A stretch of DNA of 64,000 bases. Origin: Escherichia coli. Lineage in GTDB: Bacteria; Pseudomonadota; Gammaproteobacteria; Enterobacterales; Enterobacteriaceae. The number at the start of each line of letters is the position of its first letter. Within the stretch, counting starts at the first letter, position 1. The notes under the pieces were generated by a model that saw nothing but the letters and a program-made list of their open reading frames with translations, did no database searches and was not told the DNA's origin. The DNA lies in assembly GCF_013315695.1 (NCBI RefSeq), contig NZ_CP054353.1; one strand, given 5' to 3'. Positions 25,494-38,671 of the stretch are shown piece after piece. The translations under genes and the position numbers were made by a program.

Positions 25494-26537
25494 TTGAAAA
25501 TGCACGGTAATTCTGAAATGCAAAAAATCAACCAAACCAGCGCAATGCCTGAAAAAACTGACGTTCACTGGAGTGGTCGGTTTAGCGTTGCACCAATGCT
25601 CGACTGGACGGACAGACATTGCCGCTATTTCTTGCGTCTGCTTTCCCGCAATACGTTGCTGTATACCGAAATGGTGACTACAGGGGCGATTATTCACGGT
25701 AAAGGTGATTACCTGGCGTACAGTGAAGAAGAACATCCGGTAGCATTGCAACTGGGCGGTAGCGATCCGGCGGCGCTGGCGCAGTGTGCAAAGCTGGCAG
25801 AAGCGCGCGGATATGATGAGATCAACCTGAATGTCGGCTGCCCGTCTGACCGGGTGCAGAACGGCATGTTTGGGGCGTGTCTGATGGGTAATGCGCAGCT
25901 GGTTGCCGACTGCGTGAAAGCGATGCGCGATGTGGTGTCGATTCCGGTGACGGTGAAAACGCGTATTGGCATCGACGACCAGGACAGCTATGAATTTCTC
26001 TGCGATTTCATCAACACCGTTTCCGGCAAAGGCGAGTGTGAGATGTTCATCATCCACGCACGTAAAGCCTGGCTTTCGGGGTTAAGCCCGAAAGAAAACC
26101 GTGAAATCCCGCCGCTCGATTATCCGCGTGTGTATCAACTGAAGCGTGACTTTCCGCATCTGACAATGTCGATTAACGGTGGTATCAAGTCGCTGGAAGA
26201 GGCTAAAGCGCATTTGCAACATATGGATGGCGTGATGGTCGGGCGCGAAGCGTATCAGAATCCGGGTATTCTGGCGGCGGTAGACCGAGAGATCTTTGGT
26301 TCCTCGGATACCGATGCCGATCCGGTGGCGGTAGTGCGCGCCATGTATCCGTACATTGAGCGTGAACTCAGCCAGGGGACGTATCTTGGCCATATTACCC
26401 GGCATATGTTGGGCTTGTTCCAGGGTATTCCTGGCGCGCGGCAGTGGCGGCGTTATTTAAGTGAAAATGCCCATAAAGCGGGTGCAGACATTAATGTGCT
26501 GGAACACGCGCTCAAACTGGTGGCGGATAAGCGTTAA
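25494..26537 (+). CDS. dusA: tRNA-dihydrouridine synthase A
   Basis: Dus-family TIM-barrel protein ([19 protein letters not shown]...); the exact start codon is uncertain and may be a downstream Met. Confidence 0.85.
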   Translation: MKMHGNSEMQKINQTSAMPEKTDVHWSGRFSVAPMLDWTDRHCRYFLRLLSRNTLLYTEMVTTGAIIHGKGDYLAYSEEEHPVALQLGGSDPAALAQCAKLAEARGYDEINLNVGCPSDRVQNGMFGACLMGNAQLVADCVKAMRDVVSIPVTVKTRIGIDDQDSYEFLCDFINTVSGKGECEMFIIHARKAWLSGLSPKENREIPPLDYPRVYQLKRDFPHLTMSINGGIKSLEEAKAHLQHMDGVMVGREAYQNPGILAAVDREIFGSSDTDADPVAVVRAMYPYIERELSQGTYLGHITRHMLGLFQGIPGARQWRRYLSENAHKAGADINVLEHALKLVADKR

Positions 26538-26620
26538 CTTTTCACCAAAAAGTAGTCAAATTCACCACGCCCTGCGCACCGTCGCGGGGCGTTTTGCTGT
26601 TAAATCAATAGATTATTTTT

Positions 26621-26636
26621 GGCATGATTCTTGTAA
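26621..26636 (+). promoter_or_regulatory. sigma54-type promoter (-24/-12) of pspG
   Basis: TGGCATGATTCTTGTA matches the TGGCAC-N5-TTGCA consensus, about 35 bp upstream of the pspG start. Confidence 0.55.
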
Positions 26637-26670
26637 TGCCTGCAAGAGATTTCATATTTGGGAGAGCATC

Positions 26671-26913
26671 ATGCTGGAACTACTTTTTGTGATTGGCTTT
26701 TTCGTCATGCTGATGGTCACCGGCGTTTCGTTGCTGGGCATTATCGCTGCGCTGGTTGTGGCGACGGCCATTATGTTCCTCGGCGGTATGCTGGCATTGA
26801 TGATTAAGTTGCTGCCGTGGTTACTACTGGCGGTTGCGATGGTGTGGGTTATTAAGGCGATTAAAGCACCAAAAGTGCCGAAATATCAGCGTTATGACCG
26901 CTGGCGTTACTAA
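26671..26913 (+). CDS. pspG: phage shock protein G
   Basis: 80-aa hydrophobic protein MLELLFVIGFFVMLMVTGV... Confidence 0.85.
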   Translation: MLELLFVIGFFVMLMVTGVSLLGIIAALVVATAIMFLGGMLALMIKLLPWLLLAVAMVWVIKAIKAPKVPKYQRYDRWRY

Positions 26914-27078
26914 GGGATTGTGCGGATGATCACAACCTAAGGTTTTATCCTTAGAACAAAATAGGAATTGATAATCAAATCTGTCACTATTGCGCCTCTA
27001 ACAGATTCATCGTGCTGTACCCTACATACAGCCGAACTATAAAAAGAAAGGGCTTCCCAGGTGGAAGCCCTATTTCTT

Positions 27079-28062
27079 TTATGGAATCAACAGGCTGGAA
27101 CCTTGCGTCGCCCGGCTTTCCAGAATCTCATGCGCACGCTGCGCATCCTTCAGCGGATATTTCTGCTGCTCGGCGACATCGACCTTAATCACACCGCTGG
27201 CAATCAAAGAGAACAGTTCATTACTGGCCTCGGTTAATTCCTCCCGCGTGGTGATATAGCCTTGCAGGGAAGGGCGTGTCACATACAACGAGCCTTTCTG
27301 ATTGAGAATGCCTAAGTTCACACCGGTAACCGCACCTGATGAGTTGCCAAAACTCACCATTAAGCCGCGGCGTTGCAGGCAATCCAGCGACCGTTCCCAG
27401 GTGTCTCTGCCCACGGAATCGTACACCACGCGCACTTTCTTACCAGCGGTGATCTCTTTCAATCGCTCGACCAGATTCTCTTCACGATAGTTAATAACCT
27501 GCCACGCGCCGGCTTTTAGCGCGCTCTGCGCTTTTTGCGCGGTTCCTACGGTGCCGATAAGTTTCGCGCCCAGGGCTTTTGCCCACTGGCAGGCAATTAA
27601 GCCAACGCCGCCAGCCGCTGCGTGGAACAGGAACTGCTCATCGGGTTTAATTTCATAGGTTTTGCGCAGCAGATAATAAACCGTTAAGCCTTTCAGGAAG
27701 GATGCCGCCGCTTGCTCAAAAGAAATTGCCGCAGGCAGAATCGCCGCTTTATCCGCATTAATGTTATGCACCGAGCTGTAAGCGCCTAACGCCGACTGCG
27801 CATAGACTACACGATCGCCTGCCTTAATATGCTTTACACCACTGCCGACTTTACTCACGATGCCTGCCGCTTCGGTACCTAATCCGCTGGGTAGCGATGG
27901 CGGCGGGTAAAGGCCGCTGCGGATATACGTGTCGATAAAATTGATGCCGATGGCTTTATTTTCGACCTGGATTTCATTCTCCGCCGGATCGGCAGGAGTG
28001 AACTCTACGGCTTGAAGTACTTCCGGGCCACCGTGCTTGTGAAATTCAATTCGTGTTGCCAT
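27079..28062 (-). CDS. qorA: NADPH:quinone oxidoreductase
   Basis: 327-aa protein starting MATRIEFHKHGGPEVLQAVEF; zeta-crystallin/MDR family. Confidence 0.92.
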   Translation of the reverse strand: MATRIEFHKHGGPEVLQAVEFTPADPAENEIQVENKAIGINFIDTYIRSGLYPPPSLPSGLGTEAAGIVSKVGSGVKHIKAGDRVVYAQSALGAYSSVHNINADKAAILPAAISFEQAAASFLKGLTVYYLLRKTYEIKPDEQFLFHAAAGGVGLIACQWAKALGAKLIGTVGTAQKAQSALKAGAWQVINYREENLVERLKEITAGKKVRVVYDSVGRDTWERSLDCLQRRGLMVSFGNSSGAVTGVNLGILNQKGSLYVTRPSLQGYITTREELTEASNELFSLIASGVIKVDVAEQQKYPLKDAQRAHEILESRATQGSSLLIP

Positions 28063-28144
28063 GTGTCCTCCAGAACGTATCGTCAGGGTCTGCTTCATAT
28101 GGTAAAGTTTCGACCCATTCTTTATCTCGGTAACTCCATTCACT

Positions 28145-29560
28145 ATGGCAGGAAATAAACCCTTCAACAAACAGCAGGCTGAACCCCGCGAACGCGATCC
28201 ACAAGTTGCCGGGCTGAAAGTGCCTCCGCACTCGATCGAAGCGGAGCAGTCGGTGTTGGGCGGTTTAATGCTGGATAACGAACGCTGGGATGATGTAGCC
28301 GAGCGGGTGGTGGCAGACGACTTTTACACCCGCCCACACCGTCATATCTTTACTGAAATGGCGCGTTTGCAGGAAAGCGGTAGTCCTATCGATCTGATTA
28401 CCCTTGCGGAATCGCTGGAACGCCAGGGGCAACTTGATAGCGTCGGTGGTTTCGCTTATCTGGCGGAGCTGTCAAAAAATACGCCAAGTGCGGCGAACAT
28501 CAGTGCTTATGCTGACATCGTGCGTGAACGTGCCGTTGTTCGCGAGATGATTTCGGTTGCGAATGAGATTGCCGAAGCCGGTTTTGATCCGCAGGGGCGT
28601 ACCAGCGAAGATCTGCTGGACCTGGCTGAATCCCGCGTCTTTAAAATTGCCGAAAGTCGTGCAAACAAAGACGAAGGGCCGAAGAACATCGCCGATGTGC
28701 TCGACGCCACGGTGGCGCGTATTGAGCAGTTGTTTCAGCAGCCACACGATGGCGTTACCGGGGTAAACACCGGTTATGACGATCTCAACAAAAAAACCGC
28801 TGGCTTGCAGCCGTCGGATTTGATCATCGTCGCCGCGCGTCCGTCGATGGGTAAAACAACATTTGCGATGAACCTCGTCGAAAACGCGGCGATGTTGCAG
28901 GATAAACCAGTACTTATCTTCTCGCTGGAGATGCCATCAGAACAGATTATGATGCGTTCTTTGGCGTCGCTGTCGCGCGTTGACCAGACTAAAATCCGTA
29001 CCGGGCAGCTCGATGATGAAGACTGGGCACGTATTTCCGGCACCATGGGTATTTTGCTCGAAAAACGCAATATCTATATCGATGACTCCTCCGGCCTGAC
29101 GCCAACGGAAGTGCGTTCCCGCGCACGCCGTATTGCCCGTGAACACGGCGGCATCGGGCTTATCATGATCGACTACCTGCAACTGATGCGCGTACCGGCG
29201 CTTTCCGATAACCGTACGCTGGAAATTGCAGAAATCTCCCGCTCGCTGAAAGCACTGGCGAAAGAACTGAACGTGCCGGTGGTGGCGCTGTCCCAGTTGA
29301 ACCGTTCTCTGGAACAACGTGCCGACAAACGCCCGGTCAACTCCGACCTGCGTGAATCTGGCTCTATCGAGCAGGATGCGGACTTGATCATGTTTATCTA
29401 TCGTGATGAGGTGTATCACGAAAACAGTGATTTAAAAGGCATCGCGGAAATTATTATCGGTAAACAACGTAACGGCCCAATCGGGACGGTACGCCTGACC
29501 TTTAACGGTCAATGGTCGCGCTTCGACAACTATGCGGGGCCGCAGTACGACGACGAATAA
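28145..29560 (+). CDS. dnaB: replicative DNA helicase DnaB
   Basis: 471-aa protein with Walker A ARPSMGKTTFAMN and helicase motifs. Confidence 0.97.
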   Translation: MAGNKPFNKQQAEPRERDPQVAGLKVPPHSIEAEQSVLGGLMLDNERWDDVAERVVADDFYTRPHRHIFTEMARLQESGSPIDLITLAESLERQGQLDSVGGFAYLAELSKNTPSAANISAYADIVRERAVVREMISVANEIAEAGFDPQGRTSEDLLDLAESRVFKIAESRANKDEGPKNIADVLDATVARIEQLFQQPHDGVTGVNTGYDDLNKKTAGLQPSDLIIVAARPSMGKTTFAMNLVENAAMLQDKPVLIFSLEMPSEQIMMRSLASLSRVDQTKIRTGQLDDEDWARISGTMGILLEKRNIYIDDSSGLTPTEVRSRARRIAREHGGIGLIMIDYLQLMRVPALSDNRTLEIAEISRSLKALAKELNVPVVALSQLNRSLEQRADKRPVNSDLRESGSIEQDADLIMFIYRDEVYHENSDLKGIAEIIIGKQRNGPIGTVRLTFNGQWSRFDNYAGPQYDDE

Positions 29561-29612
29561 TAATTATTTTATGAATTAGGTAATTAAAGCAAACACTTAT
29601 CAAGGAACACAA

Positions 29613-30692
29613 ATGCAAGCGGCAACTGTTGTGATTAACCGCCGCGCTCTGCGACACAACCTGCAACGTCTTCGTGAACTGGCACCTGCCAGTAAAATGG
29701 TTGCGGTGGTGAAAGCGAACGCTTATGGTCACGGTCTTCTTGAGACCGCGCGAACGCTCCCCGATGCTGACGCCTTTGGCGTAGCCCGTCTCGAAGAAGC
29801 TCTGCGACTGCGTGCGGGGGGAATCACCAAACCTGTACTGTTACTCGAAGGCTTTTTTGATGCCAGAGATCTGCCGACGATTTCTGCGCAACATTTTCAT
29901 ACCGCCGTGCATAACGAAGAACAGCTGGCTGCGCTGGAAGAGGCCAGCCTGGACGAGCCGGTTACCGTCTGGATGAAACTCGATACCGGTATGCACCGTC
30001 TGGGCGTAAGGCCGGAACAGGCTGAGGCGTTTTATCATCGCCTGACCCAGTGTAAAAACGTTCGTCAGCCGGTGAATATCGTCAGCCATTTTGCGCGCGC
30101 GGATGAACCAAAATGCGGCGCAACCGAGAAACAACTCGCTATCTTTAATACCTTTTGCGAAGGCAAACCAGGTCAACGTTCCATTGCCGCATCGGGTGGC
30201 ATTCTGCTGTGGCCACAGTCGCATTTTGACTGGGTGCGTCCGGGCATCATTCTTTACGGCGTCTCGCCGCTGGAAGATCGTTCCACCGGTGCCGATTTTG
30301 GCTGTCAGCCAGTGATGTCACTAACCTCCAGCCTGATTGCCGTGCGTGAGCACAAAGCCGGAGAGCCTGTCGGTTATGGTGGAACCTGGGTAAGCGAACG
30401 TGATACCCGCCTGGGCGTAGTCGCGATGGGTTATGGCGATGGTTATCCGCGCGCCGCGCCGTCCGGTACGCCAGTGCTGGTGAACGGTCGCGAAGTGCCG
30501 ATTGTCGGGCGAGTCGCGATGGATATGATCTGCGTAGACTTAGGTCCACAGGCGCAGGATAAAGCCGGGGACCCGGTCATTTTATGGGGCGAAGGTTTGC
30601 CCGTAGAACGTATCGCTGAAATGACGAAAGTAAGCGCTTACGAACTTATCACGCGCCTGACTTCAAGGGTCGCGATGAAATACGTGGATTAA
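29613..30692 (+). CDS. alr: alanine racemase (biosynthetic)
   Basis: 359-aa protein; PLP-lysine motif [10 protein letters not shown]. Confidence 0.95.
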
Positions 30693-30711
30693 TCGTTCTG
30701 TAATATTTGAT

Positions 30712-30760
30712 TGTCTGTGCCGGATGCGGCGTGAATGCCTTATCCGGCCAATAAAAGCCT
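30712..30760. repeat. REP element downstream of alr
   Basis: tgccggatgcggcgtgaatgccttatccggcc palindrome. Confidence 0.75.
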
Positions 30761-30944
30761 ACCAATTCAATAAGTTGATATTCTTTCATGCTCTTATGAA
30801 GGTCGTGCCTCTGGCGGATGTACGTTTGTCATGAGTCTCACTCTGTTGCTAATTGCCGTTCGCCCCTGAACATCCACTCGATCTTCGCCTTCTTCCGGTT
30901 TATTGTGTTTTAACCACCTGCCCGTAAACCTGGAGAACCATCGC

Positions 30945-32138
30945 GTGTTTCAAAAAGTTGACGCCTACGCTGGCGACCCGATTCTTACGCTTATGGAGCG
31001 TTTTAAAGAAGACCCTCGCAGCGACAAAGTGAATTTAAGTATCGGTCTGTACTACAACGAAGAGGGAATTATTCCACAACTGAAAGCCGTGGCGGATGCA
31101 GAAGCGCGCCTGAATGCGCAGCCTCATGGCGCTTCGCTTTATTTACCGATGGAAGGGCTTAACAGCTATCGCCATGCCATTGCGCCGCTGCTGTTTGGTG
31201 CCGACCATCCGGTACTGCAACAACAGCGCGTAGCAACCATTCAAACCCTTGGCGGCTCAGGGGCATTGAAAGTGGGCGCAGATTTCCTGAAACGCTACTT
31301 CCCGGAATCAGGCGTCTGGGTCAGCGATCCTACATGGGAAAACCACGTAGCAATATTCGCCGGGGCTGGATTCGAAGTAAGTACTTACCCCTGGTATGAC
31401 GAAGCGACTAACGGCGTGCGCTTTAATGACCTGTTGGCGACGCTGAAAACATTACCTGCCCGCAGTATTGTGTTGCTGCATCCATGTTGCCACAACCCAA
31501 CGGGTGCCGATCTCACTAATAACCAGTGGGATGCGGTGATTGAAATTCTCAAAGCCCGCGAGCTTATCCCATTTCTTGATATTGCCTATCAAGGATTTGG
31601 TGCCGGTATGGAAGAGGATGCCTACGCCATTCGCGCCATTGCCAGCGCTGGATTACCCGCTCTGGTGAGCAATTCGTTCTCGAAAATTTTCTCCCTTTAC
31701 GGCGAGCGCGTCGGCGGACTTTCTGTTCTGTGTGAAGATGCCGAAGCTGCAGACCGCGTACTGGGGCAATTGAAAGCAACAGTTCGCCGCAACTACTCCA
31801 GCCCGCCGAATTTTGGTGCGCAGGTGGTGGCAGCGGTGCTGAATGACGAGGCATTGAAAGCCAGCTGGCTGGCGGAAGTAGAAGAGATGCGTACTCGCAT
31901 TTTGGCAATGCGTCAGGAACTGGTGAAGGTATTAAGCACAGAGATGCCAGAACGCAATTTCGATTATCTGCTTAATCAGCGCGGCATGTTCAGTTATACC
32001 GGTTTAAGTGCCGCTCAGGTTGACCGACTACGTGAGGAGTTTGGTGTTTACCTGATTACCAGCGGGCGCATGTGTGTCGCCGGGTTAAATACGGCAAATG
32101 TACAACGTGTGGCAAAGGCGTTTGCTGCGGTGATGTAA
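30945..32138 (+). CDS. tyrB: aromatic-amino-acid aminotransferase
   Basis: GTG start [23 protein letters not shown]; 397 aa; aminotransferase class I. Confidence 0.93.
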   Translation: MFQKVDAYAGDPILTLMERFKEDPRSDKVNLSIGLYYNEEGIIPQLKAVADAEARLNAQPHGASLYLPMEGLNSYRHAIAPLLFGADHPVLQQQRVATIQTLGGSGALKVGADFLKRYFPESGVWVSDPTWENHVAIFAGAGFEVSTYPWYDEATNGVRFNDLLATLKTLPARSIVLLHPCCHNPTGADLTNNQWDAVIEILKARELIPFLDIAYQGFGAGMEEDAYAIRAIASAGLPALVSNSFSKIFSLYGERVGGLSVLCEDAEAADRVLGQLKATVRRNYSSPPNFGAQVVAAVLNDEALKASWLAEVEEMRTRILAMRQELVKVLSTEMPERNFDYLLNQRGMFSYTGLSAAQVDRLREEFGVYLITSGRMCVAGLNTANVQRVAKAFAAVM

Positions 32139-32360
32139 TGCAGGAAAGCAGGCTGGAGCTACCCAGCCTGCAGTGAAATTAAACTGTCGTCGCTTTCACT
32201 CTTGCTTTATAGATGATTTTTTTGATGCCATCGTTTTACGTGAGGGATAATAAAAGGTTGTCAGTTCTTTTATTGTTAAGTTTATCCCAATTATCTGGAA
32301 TTCCTTTCCCTGTTTTTTCGTGTGGAGTAATAATTTTTGCACATCTAACCATTATTAAAT

Positions 32361-32903
32361 TTAATAATAAGTATCGGGTTTGTTACGATAGAATATTTCT
32401 ATATCCTCAAGAATATGCTTTGCCTTATTGCCTGTGACTTTCTGAGATTCAATTATAGTATCGTTAAATTCTAATGTTAAAGAGAACTCTTTTTTTCCGC
32501 TTTGTGTAAGTTTAACCTTATATTGATTACCAATATCAAATAAAAAGGTCCTGTAATGAGAATAATCACCTTTAACCTCCTCGGCAAAACAGCAAAGTGT
32601 GCAAATATACATACAATCTTTCTTGCCTCTGATTTTGTTAACTAAATCAATAAATGCATGAAAAACTGTACTTGCAATAGAACTTGATACTTCTTCTCCA
32701 GGTCTACAAAAATCTTTTGCAATTTTTAACTGTGTTTCTATATATAAAAAGAAATCTTTGGCATAAGAAAAATCTTTGGAATAAGAGATATCTTTATTAT
32801 TTAGTGCATCTAGCTCAACAGGTAAAGATGTCATTTTGTTGCTATTCACATATGATATATTCATATCATCATCTCCTTCGAGAGTAATAAAATTAGTCAC
32901 CAT
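32361..32903 (-). CDS. AT-rich hypothetical protein between tyrB and aphA
   Basis: 180-aa ORF, strongly AT-rich; no family recognised; sits where K-12 carries the short gene yjbS. Confidence 0.5.
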   Translation of the reverse strand: MVTNFITLEGDDDMNISYVNSNKMTSLPVELDALNNKDISYSKDFSYAKDFFLYIETQLKIAKDFCRPGEEVSSSIASTVFHAFIDLVNKIRGKKDCMYICTLCCFAEEVKGDYSHYRTFLFDIGNQYKVKLTQSGKKEFSLTLEFNDTIIESQKVTGNKAKHILEDIEIFYRNKPDTYY

Positions 32904-33075
32904 TGTAGGGTAGGGTTCTGGTCAACCAGAAATCATCTTTATAAACTTCGATTGTTTTTGTAATGCTGTATCATTAAGTTCATTAAATCGTACAGCAGAT
33001 AAATGTTCTATCAAATTTCGCTCATTTGCAGAGGATTCATCATAATAAACGTAAAATTAATGTATCCTTCATTGA

Positions 33076-33978
<903 letters not shown>

Positions 33979-33984
33979 CAGAGC

Positions 33985-34020
33985 GGGAGAGCGTGACACT
34001 CTCCCGAATGCTGTTTTTTT
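33985..34020 (+). terminator. probable terminator after aphA
   Basis: gggagagcgtgacactctccc hairpin followed by a T-run. Confidence 0.55.
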
Positions 34021-34088
34021 AATCACACCTTTATCCTTTCTCTGTCTTGCTGCAAACTGATTAAGAGAGTTTTATCAAGGAGCAGCAC

Positions 34089-34505
34089 ATGTGGTATCAA
34101 AAGACGCTCACGCTTAGCGCCAAATCTCGTGGGTTTCATCTGGTAACGGATGAAATTCTGAATCAGCTGGCTGATATGCCGCGCGTTAACATCGGTTTAC
34201 TGCATCTGTTGCTGCAACATACCTCCGCCTCTCTGACACTTAATGAGAACTGCGATCCCACCGTACGCCACGACATGGAGCGTTTTTTCCTCCGCACCGT
34301 TCCCGACAACGGAAATTATGAGCATGACTATGAGGGAGCAGACGATATGCCTTCTCATATCAAATCCTCAATGCTGGGAACATCGCTTGTATTGCCGGTG
34401 CATAAAGGGCGTATTCAGACCGGCACCTGGCAAGGCATCTGGCTGGGGGAACATCGCATCCACGGCGGATCGCGTCGCATTATCGCGACACTACAAGGGG
34501 AGTAA
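34089..34505 (+). CDS. yjbQ: YjbQ family protein
   Basis: 138-aa ORF in the expected position. Confidence 0.85.
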
Positions 34506-34508
34506 AAA

Positions 34509-34865
34509 ATGACCATTTCGGAGTTGCTACAATATTGCATGGCAAAACCAGGCGCAGAACAGAGCGTGCATAACGACTGGAAAGCGACGCAGATCAAAGT
34601 GGAAGATGTACTGTTTGCGATGGTGAAAGAAGTAGAAAATCGCCCGGCGGTTTCGCTGAAAACCAGCCCGGAGCTGGCGGAGCTGCTACGTCAGCAGCAC
34701 AGCGATGTGCGTCCAAGCCGCCATCTGAATAAAGCGCACTGGAGCACCGTGTATCTCGACGGTTCGCTGCCAGATTCGCAAATCTATTATCTGGTGGATG
34801 CGTCTTATCAGCAGGCGGTGAATTTGCTGCCGGAAGAAAAACGTAAATTGCTGGTGCAACTCTGA
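34509..34865 (+). CDS. yjbR: YjbR family protein
   Basis: 118-aa ORF immediately after yjbQ. Confidence 0.85.
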   Translation: MTISELLQYCMAKPGAEQSVHNDWKATQIKVEDVLFAMVKEVENRPAVSLKTSPELAELLRQQHSDVRPSRHLNKAHWSTVYLDGSLPDSQIYYLVDASYQQAVNLLPEEKRKLLVQL

Positions 34866-34871
34866 AAGGAA

Positions 34872-34894
34872 AAGGCCGCTCAGAAAGCGGCCTT
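34872..34894. terminator. hairpin between convergent yjbR and uvrA (T-run on the uvrA strand)
   Basis: aaggccgct-cagaa-agcggcctt stem-loop. Confidence 0.5.
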
Positions 34895-34899
34895 AACGA

Positions 34900-37722
34900 T
34901 TACAGCATCGGCTTGAGGAAGCGTGCCGTATGCGAAGCTTCGCACTCCGCGACGGTTTCTGGCGTACCGGAGACGAGGATCTCGCCGCCGCCACTGCCGC
35001 CTTCCGGTCCCAGGTCGACAATCCAGTCAGCGGTTTTGATCACGTCGAGATTGTGTTCAATCACCACAATGGTATTGCCCTGATCGCGCAGTTTATGCAG
35101 TACGTCGAGCAGTTGCTGAATATCGGCGAAGTGCAGACCGGTGGTCGGCTCGTCGAGAATATACAGTGTCTGCCCGGTGCCGCGTTTTGACAGCTCACGC
35201 GCCAGCTTCACGCGCTGGGCTTCACCGCCTGAAAGGGTGGTTGCGGACTGCCCCAGGCGAATGTACGTCAGGCCAACGTCCATCAACGTTTGCAGCTTAC
35301 GCGCCAGTGCAGGTACGGCATCAAAGAACTCACGCGCCTCTTCGATGGTCATATCCAGCACTTCGTGGATGGTTTTGCCTTTGTACTTAATTTCCAGCGT
35401 TTCACGGTTATAGCGTTTACCTTTACACTGGTCGCACGGTACGTAAATGTCCGGCAGGAAGTGCATCTCCACTTTGATCACGCCGTCGCCCTGACAGGCT
35501 TCGCAGCGTCCGCCACGGACGTTAAAGCTGAAACGTCCCGGCGTATAGCCGCGCGCACGGGATTCCGGTACGCCCGCAAACAGTTCGCGCACAGGCGTAA
35601 ACACGCCGGTATAGGTCGCTGGGTTAGAACGCGGAGTACGACCAATTGGGCTTTGGTCGATATCGATCACTTTATCGAAATGCTCCAGCCCCTGAATATC
35701 GCGATACGGTGCCGGTTCGGCGATGGTCGCACCATTCAACTGGCGTTGGGCAATCGGGAACAGTGTGTCGTTAATCAGTGTCGATTTACCGGAACCTGAA
35801 ACCCCTGTGATGCAGGTAAACAGACCGACTGGCAGCGTTAGCGTCACGTCTTTCAGGTTATTACCGCGTGCACCCGTCAGCTTCAGCACTTTTTCCGGAT
35901 TCGCCGGAACGCGTTTCTTCGGCACTTCAATCTTGCGTTTACCGCTCATGTACTGTCCGGTCAACGACTCCGGCACCGCCATAATCGCTTCCAGTGGACC
36001 TTCCGCGACCACTTCACCGCCGTGAACACCCGCACCAGGACCGATATCGATCACATGGTCAGCCGCGCGAATCGCGTCTTCGTCGTGCTCCACCACAATC
36101 ACGGTATTACCGAGATCGCGCAGATGGATAAGCGTACCCAACAGGCGCTCGTTATCGCGCTGGTGCAGGCCGATAGACGGCTCATCCAGCACGTACATAA
36201 CGCCAACCAGGCCCGCACCAATCTGGCTCGCCAGACGAATACGCTGGGCTTCACCGCCAGAAAGCGTTTCTGCCGAGCGGGAAAGCGTCAGGTAATTCAG
36301 GCCGACGTTAACGAGGAATTTCAAACGATCGCCGATCTCTTTAAGAATTTTTTCCGCAATCTTCGCCCGCTGACCTGCGAGTTTGAGATTGTTGAAGAAT
36401 TCCATCGCATGACCAATGCTCATGTCGGAAATGGCGGGCAGCGGCGTATTCTCGACATACACGTGGCGCGCTTCCCGACGCAGACGCGTCCCTTCGCAGC
36501 TGGCGCACGGGCGATTGCTGATGAACTTGGCTAATTCTTCGCGTACCGCGCTGGACTCCGTCTCTTTATAACGGCGCTCCATATTGTGCAGCACGCCTTC
36601 AAACGGATGACGACGAATGGAGGTATCGCCACGATCGTTCATGTATTTGAATTCAATGTTTTCTTTGCCAGAACCGTACAACACCACTTTATGCACGTTC
36701 GCGCTCAGGCTGCCCCACGGCGCTTCGACGTCGAACTTATAGTGATCTGCCAGCGATTTCAGCATCTGGAAATAATAGAAGTTGCGGCGATCCCAGCCAC
36801 GGATCGCACCGCCAGCCAGCGACAGTTCCGGATTCTGGATCACGCGGTCAGGATCGAAATATTGCTGTACGCCAAGGCCGTCGCAGGTCGGGCAGGCCCC
36901 CGCCGGGTTGTTAAACGAAAACAGTCGCGGCTCCAGCTCGCGCATACTGTAACCGCAAATTGGGCAGGCGAAGTTGGCGGAGAACAGCAGCTCTTCCGCT
37001 TTCGGGTCGTCCATATCCGCCACTACCGCGGTACCACCGGAAAGCTCTAGCGCGGTTTCAAACGACTCGGCCAGACGTTGGGTAAGATCGTCACGCACCT
37101 TGAAGCGATCAACCACCACTTCAATAGTGTGTTTCTTTTGCAGTTCCAGTTTCGGCGGATCGGAAAGATCGCAGACTTCGCCATCAATACGAGCACGGAT
37201 GTAACCCTGGCTTGCCAGGTTCTCCAGCGTTTTGGTGTGTTCGCCTTTGCGCTCTTTAATGATTGGCGCAAGCAGCATCAGACGCTTGCCTTCCGGCTGT
37301 GACAGCACGTTATCCACCATCTGGCTGACGGTTTGCGCCGCCAGCGGGACGTCGTGGTCCGGACAGCGCGGCTCGCCGACGCGGGCGAACAACAAACGCA
37401 AATAGTCGTGGATTTCGGTGATTGTCCCCACCGTAGAACGCGGGTTATGAGACGTTGATTTCTGCTCAATTGAGATGGCAGGAGAAAGCCCCTCAATATG
37501 ATCGACGTCCGGCTTTTCCATCAGTGACAGAAACTGCCGCGCGTAGGCGGAAAGGGATTCAACGTAACGGCGCTGCCCTTCGGCATATAAGGTGTCGAAA
37601 GCGAGCGAGGATTTGCCAGAACCCGAAAGCCCGGTCACGACAATGAGCTTGTCGCGGGGGATAACGAGGTTGATGTTTTTGAGATTATGGGTGCGGGCGC
37701 CCCGAACTTCGATCTTATCCAT
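34900..37722 (-). CDS. uvrA: excinuclease ABC subunit A
   Basis: 940-aa protein; two ABC ATPase modules ([10 protein letters not shown] and [10 protein letters not shown]) and zinc-finger Cys clusters. Confidence 0.98.
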   Translation of the reverse strand: MDKIEVRGARTHNLKNINLVIPRDKLIVVTGLSGSGKSSLAFDTLYAEGQRRYVESLSAYARQFLSLMEKPDVDHIEGLSPAISIEQKSTSHNPRSTVGTITEIHDYLRLLFARVGEPRCPDHDVPLAAQTVSQMVDNVLSQPEGKRLMLLAPIIKERKGEHTKTLENLASQGYIRARIDGEVCDLSDPPKLELQKKHTIEVVVDRFKVRDDLTQRLAESFETALELSGGTAVVADMDDPKAEELLFSANFACPICGYSMRELEPRLFSFNNPAGACPTCDGLGVQQYFDPDRVIQNPELSLAGGAIRGWDRRNFYYFQMLKSLADHYKFDVEAPWGSLSANVHKVVLYGSGKENIEFKYMNDRGDTSIRRHPFEGVLHNMERRYKETESSAVREELAKFISNRPCASCEGTRLRREARHVYVENTPLPAISDMSIGHAMEFFNNLKLAGQRAKIAEKILKEIGDRLKFLVNVGLNYLTLSRSAETLSGGEAQRIRLASQIGAGLVGVMYVLDEPSIGLHQRDNERLLGTLIHLRDLGNTVIVVEHDEDAIRAADHVIDIGPGAGVHGGEVVAEGPLEAIMAVPESLTGQYMSGKRKIEVPKKRVPANPEKVLKLTGARGNNLKDVTLTLPVGLFTCITGVSGSGKSTLINDTLFPIAQRQLNGATIAEPAPYRDIQGLEHFDKVIDIDQSPIGRTPRSNPATYTGVFTPVRELFAGVPESRARGYTPGRFSFNVRGGRCEACQGDGVIKVEMHFLPDIYVPCDQCKGKRYNRETLEIKYKGKTIHEVLDMTIEEAREFFDAVPALARKLQTLMDVGLTYIRLGQSATTLSGGEAQRVKLARELSKRGTGQTLYILDEPTTGLHFADIQQLLDVLHKLRDQGNTIVVIEHNLDVIKTADWIVDLGPEGGSGGGEILVSGTPETVAECEASHTARFLKPML

Positions 37723-37807
37723 TCACCTTTCCCGGATTAAACGCTTTTTTGCCCGGTGGCATGGTGCTACCGGCGATCACAAACGGTTAATTATGACACA
37801 AATTGAC

Positions 37808-37823
37808 CTGAATGAATATACAG
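37808..37823. promoter_or_regulatory. LexA (SOS) box shared by the divergent uvrA and ssb promoters
   Basis: CTGAATGAATATACAG (CTG-N10-CAG) in the uvrA-ssb intergenic region. Confidence 0.85.
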
Positions 37824-37976
37824 TATTGGAATGCATTACCCGGAGTGTTGTGTAACAATGTCTGGCCAGGTTTGTTTCCCGGAACCGAGGTCACAACATA
37901 GTAAAAGCGCTATTGGTAATGGTACAATCGCGCGTTTACACTTATTCAGAACGATTTTTTTTCAGGAGACACGAAC

Positions 37977-38513
37977 ATGGCCAGCAGAGGCGTAAACAAG
38001 GTTATTCTCGTTGGTAATCTGGGTCAGGACCCGGAAGTACGCTACATGCCAAATGGTGGCGCAGTTGCCAACATTACGCTGGCTACTTCCGAATCCTGGC
38101 GTGACAAAGCGACCGGCGAGATGAAAGAGCAGACTGAATGGCACCGCGTTGTGCTGTTCGGCAAACTGGCAGAAGTAGCCAGCGAATATCTGCGTAAAGG
38201 TTCTCAGGTTTATATCGAAGGTCAGCTGCGTACCCGCAAATGGACCGATCAATCCGGTCAGGATCGCTACACCACAGAAGTCGTGGTGAACGTTGGCGGC
38301 ACCATGCAGATGCTGGGTGGTCGTCAGGGTGGTGGCGCTCCGGCAGGTGGCAATATCGGTGGTGGTCAGCCGCAGGGTGGTTGGGGTCAGCCTCAGCAGC
38401 CGCAGGGTGGCAATCAGTTCAGCGGCGGCGCGCAGTCTCGCCCGCAGCAGTCCGCTCCGGCAGCGCCGTCTAACGAGCCGCCGATGGACTTTGATGACGA
38501 TATTCCGTTCTAG
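37977..38513 (+). CDS. ssb: single-stranded DNA-binding protein
   Basis: 178-aa protein [44 protein letters not shown] with Gly/Gln-rich tail and C-terminal DFDDDIPF. Confidence 0.98.
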   Translation: MASRGVNKVILVGNLGQDPEVRYMPNGGAVANITLATSESWRDKATGEMKEQTEWHRVVLFGKLAEVASEYLRKGSQVYIEGQLRTRKWTDQSGQDRYTTEVVVNVGGTMQMLGGRQGGGAPAGGNIGGGQPQGGWGQPQQPQGGNQFSGGAQSRPQQSAPAAPSNEPPMDFDDDIPF

Positions 38514-38553
38514 AGTTAACTTGTGAGTTATTTGTAAAGAATCCATACGCAGG

Positions 38554-38580
38554 CCCCTGTTAATTCAGGGGTTTTTTGTT
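38554..38580 (+). terminator. rho-independent terminator of ssb
   Basis: cccctg-ttaattc-cagggg hairpin followed by a T-run. Confidence 0.8.
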
Positions 38581-38671
38581 TCTATCGTCGGAAAAAGTGT
38601 CTTGTATAAATTGGTGATTTTTCACATAAAGTGTACCTTGTAATTGTGTAATGTTTATGGGGTGTGAGTGC

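Noticed and set aside
35290-37050. Several 150-170-aa plus-strand ORFs inside uvrA
   Set aside because: Antisense artefacts within the 940-aa uvrA gene.
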